64,000 nt of DNA from Candidatus Stahliibacteriota bacterium (GCA_004375895.1 SOJW01000068.1:640-64639), one strand, 5' to 3'. Counted from the first letter of the stretch, positions 47,301 to 55,671 are shown. The notes: generated by a model from the sequence alone, not told the origin. Numbers and translations: made by a program.

Positions 47301-48111
47301 GACTCACTACCCCGTACCTGCGACGCGCCTTAATGAAGTACACCAGCCAGGCGACGTTGATGACTCCCGCGTATATCAACCACATAATCCCACTGGAGCG
47401 ATGAGGAGTCAGGATACCGTAAACCATGTTAAAAGCAAAGTAGGCAAAAGATATCCCCAGGGTGATGAAAACCAGGAGGTAGCCGATTCTGCGATTGACA
47501 AGCAGCATTACTGAAGACCCGGCACAAGCAAGGACGAAGACAAGCCTCAGTACCTCAAGGGTCATTGCCATGCCCGAATCCAGCGGGTAGATCACCCTGT
47601 CTATGAACAGATATAAAAGGTAAGCCGAAAGCGCAAAATTGCCGACCACCCACACAATGCCTGGCCAGTGCAGAGGCTGTTTTTCAGGAGTGTCCCCTGA
47701 CTTCACAGCGATTCCGTACCTGTGCCGGAAGATAACAAAATAAACTGCCCAAACAAAATTTGAAATAAATGCAATACCCCATAAATATAGAGAGTATGAA
47801 GAAATATCTATCCTGCCACCCAGGAGCACGTAAGCATAGATTGTCGATACAACCAGAGCAATCATCACCAGAACGAAACTCGATTTACGCCTTTTGTACA
47901 AGGCCGTTGCGGCAGCAATATAAAAAATGGCGTAGAGCAAGAAACCTGCTACCGTCGAGGTTTTTAGCCACGGTTGCAGCATGTAAAACGGCTGCTTAAT
48001 AGCCCACACGAACCTAACCACGAGAGCAACAACAATCAAAGGATGCCCTAGCATCCATGCAACAGCTGGCCAGTGCAGAGACGGCTGCTTACTGCTCCTC
48101 TCCTTAGCCAT
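47293..48111 (-). CDS. Membrane protein, two copies of the same module; leaderless start at 48111
   Basis: PSLHWPAVAWMLG..WAVYFVIFRHRYG and QPLHWPGIVWVVG..WLVYFIKARRRYG; promoter TTGACA-16-TATACT at 48117-48144. Confidence 0.78.
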   Translation of the reverse strand: MAKERSSKQPSLHWPAVAWMLGHPLIVVALVVRFVWAIKQPFYMLQPWLKTSTVAGFLLYAIFYIAAATALYKRRKSSFVLVMIALVVSTIYAYVLLGGRIDISSYSLYLWGIAFISNFVWAVYFVIFRHRYGIAVKSGDTPEKQPLHWPGIVWVVGNFALSAYLLYLFIDRVIYPLDSGMAMTLEVLRLVFVLACAGSSVMLLVNRRIGYLLVFITLGISFAYFAFNMVYGILTPHRSSGIMWLIYAGVINVAWLVYFIKARRRYGVVSHG

Positions 48112-48169
48112 AAAGAAGTATACCATAGTTTACCGGCTTGTCAATCCCTCTCCCCCCGCCGCCAGCCCC

Positions 48170-48392
48170 TTCCATTTTGCACTTTGCACTTTGCATTTTG
48201 ACTTTTGCATTGGCGACGCAGTCGCCCCTATTGCTGTCTGCTGTGAGCCGTGAGCTGTGAGCTTCCCCTTCCATTTTGCATTTTGACCGTAGGACGACGC
48301 TTGCGGAGTAAATTTGCATTGGCGACGCAGTCGCCCCTATTGCCGTTCGCTGTCTGCTGTCAGCCGTGAGCCGTGAGCTGTTAGCTGTAAGG
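48170..48392 (+). repeat. Composite repeat block with two GCGACGCAGTCGC hairpins, TTTGCAC/TTTTGCA and TGAGCYG heptamer runs
   Basis: Hairpins at 48213-48225 and 48322-48334. Confidence 0.8.
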
Positions 48393-48410
48393 TGATATGA
48401 CGGGGCTAGG

Positions 48411-48701
48411 TTATCCAACTCCTATAGTATAATGACATTGTTGTTCCTTAGAACCTTCAACCTTGAGTTCTATTGCCCACCCTGGTGGCACGATGTGTGA
48501 AATCGCTTGCGTAGCACCTGCCTTCACACTTCCTATACCCGGGTTTTCCTTACCACGGCGGAGCCGCAAAGTCGCACGTATGTGGCTATCATTCCTTACT
48601 TGTATCGTCACAGTCAATTCCTTGTCCTTGTTTGAATTCTCATAGATAACCCCTTCATACCCACCGGTTTTAGAAACCTCTGGAAAAACACCACACGCCA
48701 T
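48411..48701 (-). CDS. Hypothetical protein, 96 aa
   Basis: SD AAGGAGG; co-directional with neighbours. Confidence 0.65.
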   Translation of the reverse strand: MACGVFPEVSKTGGYEGVIYENSNKDKELTVTIQVRNDSHIRATLRLRRGKENPGIGSVKAGATQAISHIVPPGWAIELKVEGSKEQQCHYTIGVG

Positions 48702-48712
48702 TTTTTGCCTCC

Positions 48713-49027
48713 TTACTTTTTCTTTTTGGGAACAGAACGACGAGACCTGCCGTCCTTCGTTCTTACCGTTCCGCCAACGTCTGCGTTCTTCATTGTCTGC
48801 ACTGCTTGGGGTATGTCTTTCTTCTTGACTATCATAACCTTTTGGGGCTTGCGACTCTTTTTCAGTCTTTGTGCTGCACCGTTAAAATCCCCACTATATT
48901 CAACTTCTACAGCTTTTTTCTTAGTTGTTGCGTCAAGACGTTCTCCACCTTTTAAAGGAACCTCCGTTTTCCCCTTCTTTCCTACAGCTTGTTTCTTTGC
49001 CCTTTTGTGGGCTTCACTTTCTGGCAT
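48713..49027 (-). CDS. Small basic protein with minimal PD-(D/E)XK-like motif
   Basis: ESEAHKRAK ... E.PL...RLDA ... AVEVE pattern; SD CAGGAG. Confidence 0.6.
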   Translation of the reverse strand: MPESEAHKRAKKQAVGKKGKTEVPLKGGERLDATTKKKAVEVEYSGDFNGAAQRLKKSRKPQKVMIVKKKDIPQAVQTMKNADVGGTVRTKDGRSRRSVPKKKK

Positions 49028-49041
49028 TTTTTACTCCTGTT

Positions 49042-49767
49042 TTAACTCGTATGTGGAGCCATTAATTTAAAGACCCTTTCAAACCTCTCGCAATCTTTAC
49101 AGTCAGGGTGTCCTTCAGGTGGTTCTATCATATTAACGATTGTTCGGACTTTTTTCAGTATTTCAGGTACTAACTCATCAGGTCTAAGTTGAACACTAAA
49201 CGGCGTTGCTTTAAAGTTCATCCAGAATTCTTCCTGCCCCATGTATTCTTCTACATTGGGTTGTTTAATATCGGTGATTGGCTCAGTGTAGATTAAGGTT
49301 ATAGCAGATACAGGACTAAATCCTATTCGGTTGGCTATATATGCATATATATTCAGCTGAGCATCATACATAGGAAATAATTGATCCTGCTTTGAGGTTG
49401 CCTTAGCAGTCTTATAATCTACGATGTGGTAAGAACCGTCTTCCATTTGGAACATATCATCAGGTGTACCTGAGACAACAATTGAATAGGCTTGGTCTCT
49501 ATACCTAAAAGAGCTGTGATGTAATTTAGCCACGTAAGCCTTTACTTGTCCTATGTCAGGAAACCACGGTGGTAAACTCTGATGATTCTCAAAGTAATAA
49601 TGAACAACCTTTTTCCCGTAGGCGTCTATCGAGTTAAATATTCCAGGGAATGGGCTTTCAAAAGGAAGTTTTCTATCGCAGTGCAATTTTAACCAGTAAC
49701 ATCTAGGGCAGAAATCCGGCAACATTACCTCCCCCAACGCCCGAGATGGAATGACGATATCATTCAT
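49042..49767 (-). CDS. PD-(D/E)XK nuclease, Cas4/AddB-like with four Cys
   Basis: FCPRCYW, GTPDD, IVDYKT, QLNIY, DCKDC. Confidence 0.82.
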   Translation of the reverse strand: MNDIVIPSRALGEVMLPDFCPRCYWLKLHCDRKLPFESPFPGIFNSIDAYGKKVVHYYFENHQSLPPWFPDIGQVKAYVAKLHHSSFRYRDQAYSIVVSGTPDDMFQMEDGSYHIVDYKTAKATSKQDQLFPMYDAQLNIYAYIANRIGFSPVSAITLIYTEPITDIKQPNVEEYMGQEEFWMNFKATPFSVQLRPDELVPEILKKVRTIVNMIEPPEGHPDCKDCERFERVFKLMAPHTS

Positions 49768-50021
49768 TCTTCCTCCTACTTCTTTTCTAACTATACGCCT
49801 TTTTACGCCTCATGTCAAGCCCTAAAATGAACTTCTGTCACCAAGCTGACGCTTGGCTCTTTTCCTTGACTCTCCCCCATCCTTTTACCCCAGACATTCG
49901 CCGTGAGCTATTAGCTGTCAGCCGTAAGCCGCTCCATTTTGCAATTTGATATTTGACTTTTGCATTGGCGACGCAGTCGCACCCTTGACTCTCTCCCCTA
50001 TCTGGTTACAATGACGACTAC

Positions 50022-50360
50022 ATGTTTGAAACGGTGCTTATAATACTCATCGCGGGCGCGGTTGCGATTCTTGCGGCAATGCGTTTTATCGCCGCCGTAA
50101 GAAAGCTGGCCAGCCGCGAGCCCGACACCCGTAACACCCGTAACACCCGTACCCCTTCGGGGCATTCTCATAATTACTCGGAGCTTGCGCTCCGCTCACA
50201 AGGAAATAACACCCGTAACACCCATAACGCCCGTAACACGCATGCGTCCTCCAGACGCTACGACACCCGGCGCCAGGACAAGCCGCCGCTGGTGTTCTGG
50301 GCCGTAGCCTCACCCCTGCTTGCCGCCGCCTGCGTCACCGTTATCCTGCTGATGCTTTAA
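50022..50360 (+). CDS. Two-TM small protein whose loop is largely the 112-bp repeat element
   Basis: Promoter TTGACT-16-TACAAT at 49985-50012; hydrophobic N- and C-termini; TRNTRN loop. Confidence 0.55.
   Translation: MFETVLIILIAGAVAILAAMRFIAAVRKLASREPDTRNTRNTRTPSGHSHNYSELALRSQGNNTRNTHNARNTHASSRRYDTRRQDKPPLVFWAVASPLLAAACVTVILLML
50128..50239 (+). repeat. 112-bp (CCCGTAACA)n-flanked element, copy 2
   Basis: Matches 16748-16859; internal hairpins CCCC-TTC-GGGG and GAGC-TTGC-GCTC. Confidence 0.9.
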
Positions 50361-50407
50361 ACCACCCCAGACGCCTTCGCCACCTTCTCTCAACCGATCC
50401 ATTGTCC

Positions 50408-50643
50408 AATCTTCAATCTGCAATCTTCCAATCTTCAATCCTCCAATCTTCAATCTTCCAATCTTCCAATCTGCAATCTGCCAATCTTCTAATCTTCAAT
50501 CGCGACGCAGTCGCCCCTATTGCTGTTCGCCGTGAGCTGTCAGCCGTGAGCTGTCAGCTGTGAGCTGTCATTTGTCCATCTTTTGTCCATCTTTTGACCA
50601 GCTTTTGACCAGCTTTTGTCCAGCTTATTTTGAGTGTTACGGG
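50408..50643 (+). repeat. Composite repeat block: CAATCTTC(C) run, GCGACGCAGTCGC hairpin, TGAGCTG run, five 11-bp units, GTGTTACGGG
   Basis: Hairpin 50502-50514; TTTGTCCATCT/TTTGACCAGCT x5 at 50571-50626; decamer 50634-50643. Confidence 0.85.
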
Positions 50644-50695
50644 TTGACTTTTACCCCTTCTCGGCATACAATTTAGCTAAAAATTGGAGGAAAAC

Positions 50696-52186
50696 ATGGC
50701 CGAAGAGTACAAGAATTTTATCGGGGGAGAATGGGTTAAGTCCAAGTCAAATAAGACTTTCGAGAATCGCAACCCTGCCGATACCAGTGACCTTGTGGGA
50801 ACGTTTCAGCTTTCTTCACGAGATGACGTAGATGCGGCAGTTACAGCCGCCCAGGCCGCATTTCCAAATTGGCGCGACACCCCGGCCCCGGAGCGCGCGG
50901 ATTATATGTATCGTGTTGCCAATAAGTTACGCGAACGCAAGGAGGAGATTGCGAAGCTCATGACCCGTGAGATGGGCAAGGTGATTGCCGAAACCCGGGG
51001 CGACATGCAGGAAGGCATCGACACCGCCGACTTCGCCGCAGGCGAGGGCCGCCGCATGCACGGCCAAACCGTCCCCTCCGAGCTGCGCAACAAGGCGGCT
51101 TACGTTATCCACAGACCAATGGGCGTGTGGTGGCTGATTACCCCGTGGAACTTCCCCATCGCCATCCCCACCTGGAAGACGTTCCCCGCCATAACCACCG
51201 GTAATACGATAGTTATCAAGCCAGCCACCGACACTCCTGCCTGCACCGCAAAGCTCATGGAGATTCTTGACTCCGCCGGCATCCCCAAGGGCGTTATCAA
51301 CTACGTGACCGGCTCGGGCCGCATTGTGGGCGAACACCTCATCAACCACCCGGACATCAAGGGCATAAGCTTTACCGGTTCGAGTGAGGTCGGTAAGCGG
51401 ATCGCGGAGGTCACCGGCAAGACCCTGAAACGGTGCTCACTAGAGCTGGGCGGCAAGAACGCGCAGATCGTGATGGCGGACGCAAACCTCGAACTGGCGT
51501 TGGACGGCGCTCTGTGGGGCGCGTTCGGAACCACCGGTCAGCGCTGCACCGCGACCTCGAGGATCATTGTGCAGGAAGGCGTGCACGACGAGTTCCTGGC
51601 CGAGCTGGTCAAGCGCGCCAAGGCGCTCAAGGTAGGCAACGGTCTGGACGAGTCGGTCGAGATGGGTCCACTGGTGTCCAAGGCTCAGCAGGAGACCGTG
51701 GCAAGCTACGTGAAGATCGGTCTTGAGGAAGACAAGGCCGAACTGGTCTGCGGCGGACATGCTCTCACCGACGGGGATTGCGCCAAGGGCTTCTTCTTCG
51801 AACCCACGATATTTGATAAGGTTACGCCCGATATGCGCATCGCCCAGGAGGAGATCTTCGGGCCGGTGCTTTCGATTCTTACGGTAAAGAGCCTGGATGA
51901 GGCGATTGAGGTTCTGAACGGCACGGTTTACGGGCTTTCGTCCTCGATTTACACCCAGGACGTGAATTCTGCGATGCGGGCAATTGAGCGCATCGAGGCG
52001 GGCATTACCTACGTGAACGGCCCGACCATCGGCGCTGAGTGCCACCTGCCGTTCGGCGGCGTAAAGGAAACCGGCAACGGACATAGAGAAGGCGGCTGGA
52101 CAGCCTACGAGATCTTCACCGAAATGAAAACCGTCTATATCGACTACAGCGGGAAGTTACAACGAGCTCAGATTGATAATAAATAG
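50696..52186 (+). CDS. NAD(P)-dependent aldehyde dehydrogenase
   Basis: ITPWNFP, IKPA, FTGSSEVG, LELGGKN, GQRCTA, EEIFGPV, PFGG.K..G. Confidence 0.95.
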   Translation: MAEEYKNFIGGEWVKSKSNKTFENRNPADTSDLVGTFQLSSRDDVDAAVTAAQAAFPNWRDTPAPERADYMYRVANKLRERKEEIAKLMTREMGKVIAETRGDMQEGIDTADFAAGEGRRMHGQTVPSELRNKAAYVIHRPMGVWWLITPWNFPIAIPTWKTFPAITTGNTIVIKPATDTPACTAKLMEILDSAGIPKGVINYVTGSGRIVGEHLINHPDIKGISFTGSSEVGKRIAEVTGKTLKRCSLELGGKNAQIVMADANLELALDGALWGAFGTTGQRCTATSRIIVQEGVHDEFLAELVKRAKALKVGNGLDESVEMGPLVSKAQQETVASYVKIGLEEDKAELVCGGHALTDGDCAKGFFFEPTIFDKVTPDMRIAQEEIFGPVLSILTVKSLDEAIEVLNGTVYGLSSSIYTQDVNSAMRAIERIEAGITYVNGPTIGAECHLPFGGVKETGNGHREGGWTAYEIFTEMKTVYIDYSGKLQRAQIDNK

Positions 52187-52240
52187 TCCCCGCCCCCTTT
52201 GTCCCCCTCCACCAAGGAGGGGGATGGAGCGAAGCGACCA

Positions 52241-52269
52241 GCGATCTTTTTGCGTTAGCAAAAAGGAGC
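52241..52269 (+). repeat. Covarying hairpin element, copy 3; homology to copy 5 extends to ~52347
   Basis: GCGATCTTTTTGC-GTTA-GCAAAAAGGAGC. Confidence 0.85.
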
Positions 52270-52422
52270 ATGAAGGCAAGCTGCAAAGAGCGCAAATCGA
52301 TAACAAGTAACGGAATCTATCCGCAGATTTCGCAGATGACGCAGATTTTGAAGGCCGCCCGAAAGGGCGGCCTTTATTATTACCATTACTTGACAACCAA
52401 TAAAAAGAAAATAGTATATGGG

Positions 52423-53577
52423 ATGGATAAACTACACGAAGCTATCAGAAAATTGGCTATCAAGAAGGGTGTAAAGCCTGTACCTATTGAAATTCCAGAT
52501 GAAGCGGAATATATAATATACCTTGTACAAGGATTCTTGGTTGAGGCTCCCCAGTTCTTCAGCCACGAAGAATCCACCAAAGCTATATTATGTAGATTTG
52601 ATCATCTAGAATTCAAAGACAACTCAAATATCAAGGAGAAGATTAAACAAGAATTAGCTTTTTCGTGGATGAAATGGAATAGAATAGACTCTAAGGCTAC
52701 GCTCCAACTCAATGAACCTGTCGTCTTACTGCTTAATCGGGATCGTAATGATCCTGAAAGACGATTGCATACTTATGAATTTGCTCAGCAACTGCTAGAC
52801 TATTTTGCCTTCACTAGCAGACTTGATTTTCATTCTGTTCCATCTCTAACAGAAACAGATTTTATGTCTGGTTTAGCCGCAGGTGTCATTGTTACAAAAA
52901 ACGATGTTAAACCTATTTATCCCCCTAAGGAGAAATTCCCCTTTGCTGTGGTGGAAACTCGAAACTATGACCTTACTGATTACTTGAATGATTCAGAAGT
53001 AATCAAAGCATTCTGGCGAGCCATTCATTGGAGAAGACGCGCCAAATTAACCTCTTCTCTTATTGACAAATTCCTTTTCCTTTGGATATCTTTGGAATCT
53101 ACTTTGCCCGAAGAATGCTACCAGTCAAGTTGTATCGAAAGCAAAGTTGGGGTATTGTGGGGCGAAATTCCTAGAAGACTCCGTTCTCAATTAAGTAAAA
53201 AACAAAGAAAAATCATCCGCAATGTCATCAAAGGACGTAAAACTACAGTCTCCGACATTGCAGCAAAAATTAACCGGAAATGGAGAAACGAAGTTGTTCA
53301 CGTTGGAGAAACTGATTTCGCCTCTGACTCACAAAAAACCCTTGAAATCATTAAGGCCATAAGTACTCTAAACATAATCAACGCAAGATGCTGCCACCTT
53401 CTCACTTTCGCTATCCAAAAGAATGTTTCAACTCTACCAGAGGTCTGGGAAAAAACGGTATTAAATTACATATTTAGAGAAATAGATACAAACTCAGAAT
53501 TCATAACAAGACTCCCAACGGAAAACCTCGACGAAAAACATGTTGAAGCAACATTATTAGAAAACCCTCCTATATAA
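52423..53577 (+). CDS. AT-rich HEPN-domain protein (ApeA-like), leaderless start at 52423
   Basis: DKFLFLWISLE helix and RNEVVH (Rx4H) motif; promoter TTGACA-16-TAGTAT at 52390-52417. Confidence 0.7.
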   Translation: MDKLHEAIRKLAIKKGVKPVPIEIPDEAEYIIYLVQGFLVEAPQFFSHEESTKAILCRFDHLEFKDNSNIKEKIKQELAFSWMKWNRIDSKATLQLNEPVVLLLNRDRNDPERRLHTYEFAQQLLDYFAFTSRLDFHSVPSLTETDFMSGLAAGVIVTKNDVKPIYPPKEKFPFAVVETRNYDLTDYLNDSEVIKAFWRAIHWRRRAKLTSSLIDKFLFLWISLESTLPEECYQSSCIESKVGVLWGEIPRRLRSQLSKKQRKIIRNVIKGRKTTVSDIAAKINRKWRNEVVHVGETDFASDSQKTLEIIKAISTLNIINARCCHLLTFAIQKNVSTLPEVWEKTVLNYIFREIDTNSEFITRLPTENLDEKHVEATLLENPPI

Positions 53578-53596
53578 AGCTCTATCTACATACTTT

Positions 53597-53626
53597 GCGA
53601 TCTTTTTCGTGAAACGAAAAAGGAGC
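53597..53626 (+). repeat. Covarying hairpin element, copy 4
   Basis: GCGATCTTTTTCGT-GAA-ACGAAAAAGGAGC. Confidence 0.85.
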
Positions 53627-53634
53627 GTCAAGAA

Positions 53635-53662
53635 ACTATACTCCTCCCCTGCCCTATGTCAA
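53635..53662 (-). promoter_or_regulatory. Promoter-like sequence facing antisense into the HEPN gene
   Basis: TTGACA-16-TATAGT with no co-directional gene downstream. Confidence 0.55.
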
Positions 53663-53779
53663 GTGTTAGGCAAGGGGTTTAAGTGACGCTCCTCGCAACG
53701 AGGCGTTCGTTGCACTCCATAGACCTCTCACCCCTCCCCCTATCCCCCTCCACCAAGGGAGGGGGATATAATCTGCGGT

Positions 53780-53968
53780 TTATTCTTCCCTGTGTTTGTC
53801 GGCAATCAGTTCGCCGTTAGCACCCACGTTCTCCGGCGGGTTCTCGCGAATCAATACTGTGATGTGCTCGATCTCGTAAATCTTGACCGCGACATCAGTT
53901 AGTTCTTTGACCAGCCGCCTTTTCTTCTCGATATCAATCGGCGGGCCGTCTATCTGGATTAAAGGCAT
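53780..53968 (-). CDS. 4-oxalocrotonate tautomerase family protein
   Basis: Pro-1 (MPLIQI), KKRRLVKELT, ENPPENVG. Confidence 0.9.
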   Translation of the reverse strand: MPLIQIDGPPIDIEKKRRLVKELTDVAVKIYEIEHITVLIRENPPENVGANGELIADKHREE

Positions 53969-54109
53969 CTATCCTCCTTCGTGTTTATTGAATATACCCT
54001 TAGATACTTTTTTGTCAAGGGGTTACTTGAAAAGAACCAGCTTCTGGACACGGCAAAGACCTCAAGGATGGACGCTTCTTGCAATCTTAGTCCAAGATCT
54101 GTCAGTCCA

Positions 54110-54661
54110 TTAACCGCTATAAAGCTCCTTGAATCTTTCCCTGGAGAGTTCCATCATCTCGTGGCCTTGCCAAGCCTCCAGGCCGGTTAGCAAAAACCCC
54201 GCCTTCTCGTATACCCGGAACGCCGGAGGGTTATCCTTATGAGGGGGAACGACTAAGAGCTCACAGGAGGTTTTGGCAAATATAAGCTCTACGATCATCC
54301 GCATCCCTTGAGTCCCTATGCCCTGTCCCCAATACCCGGACAGGAGTTTGATGTCGGTCATAAAGCATCTCACACCTTCGGGCCTGCGCCAGTCGCCGAC
54401 CGCAAAGCCTTCAGGCACAGGGCCGTAGTGCGACTCACCTATACGGGTGCCGTCTTCTAGTGAGACGATAAGCTGGGTGTCGTCGCCTGCGGTTTTCTTG
54501 TGTTCGGCAAGATACTCCTGCCACCAGCGCCGGATGTCGGCATCTAACCAGCACCTGCCTTCGGGGTAGCCCGCGTACCGCATCACCCCGGGGTCGTTCC
54601 ACATCCCGAGCAGGAAACCGAGGTCCTCTTCTCGCGCTTCGGTAAGCAACAGTTCTTTCAT
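54110..54661 (-). CDS. GNAT acetyltransferase (RimJ/RimL-like)
   Basis: YWGQGIGT, N.PAFRVYEKAGF. Confidence 0.88.
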   Translation of the reverse strand: MKELLLTEAREEDLGFLLGMWNDPGVMRYAGYPEGRCWLDADIRRWWQEYLAEHKKTAGDDTQLIVSLEDGTRIGESHYGPVPEGFAVGDWRRPEGVRCFMTDIKLLSGYWGQGIGTQGMRMIVELIFAKTSCELLVVPPHKDNPPAFRVYEKAGFLLTGLEAWQGHEMMELSRERFKELYSG

Positions 54662-54676
54662 TTGAGACTCTCCTCG

Positions 54677-55579
54677 CTACGTCAGGCTGATAATGAAATT
54701 CTCCTCCATACGATCGGGATGATAGGAGAGCTTGGCCTTGCGAATCCCCTCCTCGCCCAGGTCCTGCTCACGATTTACATAGGTAACCTGACCCCATGCA
54801 TGCTCGCAGCACTGCTGGTTAATAGCGGCATAAAGCCCGCGAATCGCAGGGTTGGCCTTCTCGATATGAACCACAGCCGTATCCTTGTTGAGAAGCTCGC
54901 CCACACTGAACGCCTGCATCTTGCCCTCGATAAGTATCACCCCTCCCATAAGCTTCAACACAGAGAAGTTCGCAAGAGCCTCATTAACCGCCTCCCTTTC
55001 GCTGATAAGGCTCATGTCCTTCTCGCAGCGCTTCATCATCCACCAGGCAGAGGCAAGCTCACGGCATGCTTCGATGTTGGTCTCGTCAAGCGGGGCATAG
55101 CTAAACTCGTAGTTCCTCTTAAAAGCGTTCAGGTGATTCTTCTTGGAGTGGTACTTGCGACCGGACAGCGCAACCAATGCTTTACGCAGATACACGTAAT
55201 CGTGGTGCCCGCGCTGAGGTTCTATCGAGAAGTCAGGCGATCCTTCCAGTTCCTCCACCAGCCGCTTGTCCGCTCGCTCAATGCGCGGGTTGGGAGATTG
55301 CTTCTCATCTCTCAGCCAGTGCAGTAACATACGGACTACATCAACTCGTGATCCGGGGCCAACAGGAGGGAATGCGTAAGCTTCGCCTTCCTTGGAGGAG
55401 GCCAAAAGAAGGAGAGTATCCTTGTATATGCACCACTGCACAGAGTAGTGATGCCGCCAGTTGAAAAGGTTGGCAAAACACAGCTTGGATATCTCGGGCT
55501 GGTAGCTCCAGAGTATCTCGTGTATGAAATCACGATCTTCAAGCTCGATCGGTTTGAAGTTCGGAAACTCTGGATGCAT
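54677..55579 (-). CDS. DUF2156 / aminoacyl-PG-synthase C-terminal-like protein
   Basis: FKPIELEDR, CFANLFNW, DYVY..L..LSGRKYHSKKNHLNAF, VHIEKA, YVNREQDLGEEGIRKAKLSYHP. Confidence 0.88.
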   Translation of the reverse strand: MHPEFPNFKPIELEDRDFIHEILWSYQPEISKLCFANLFNWRHHYSVQWCIYKDTLLLLASSKEGEAYAFPPVGPGSRVDVVRMLLHWLRDEKQSPNPRIERADKRLVEELEGSPDFSIEPQRGHHDYVYLRKALVALSGRKYHSKKNHLNAFKRNYEFSYAPLDETNIEACRELASAWWMMKRCEKDMSLISEREAVNEALANFSVLKLMGGVILIEGKMQAFSVGELLNKDTAVVHIEKANPAIRGLYAAINQQCCEHAWGQVTYVNREQDLGEEGIRKAKLSYHPDRMEENFIISLT

Positions 55580-55647
55580 CGCGTTGCCTCCTTATGGATT
55601 AACATTATTGATTTATAACCGGTTATCCCCAGGTGTCAAGCTACCTC
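55560..55647 (-). repeat. 88-bp direct repeat (promoter + SD + first codons of DUF2156 gene), partner 56947-57034
   Basis: First 58 bp differ at one position; offset 1387 bp. Confidence 0.9.
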
Positions 55648-55671
55648 GAAGCTCACCCCACCAGAAAACCA

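Noticed and set aside
50408-50626. Possible CRISPR array near the Cas4-like gene
   Set aside because: Units are 7-11 bp and contiguous, with no unique 25-45 bp spacers; no cas1/cas2 in the window.
44659-51349. Long antisense ORFs such as 44659-45402 (+) and 50927-51349 (-)
   Set aside because: They overlap well-supported genes on the opposite strand and lack motifs or SD; typical shadows of GC-rich coding sequence.
52270-52422. ORF-track N-terminal extension of the HEPN gene (similarly nuoE 21328, 23121, large subunit 40891, 44782, 58057)
   Set aside because: The extensions run through repeats, promoters or the upstream gene; downstream starts fit promoters, SD sites or homolog N-termini better.
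53480-53560. 17-codon antisense ORF (MLLQHVFRRGFPLGVLL) as an antitoxin peptide
   Set aside because: Short, SD spacing is long, and it lies within the HEPN coding region; probably chance.
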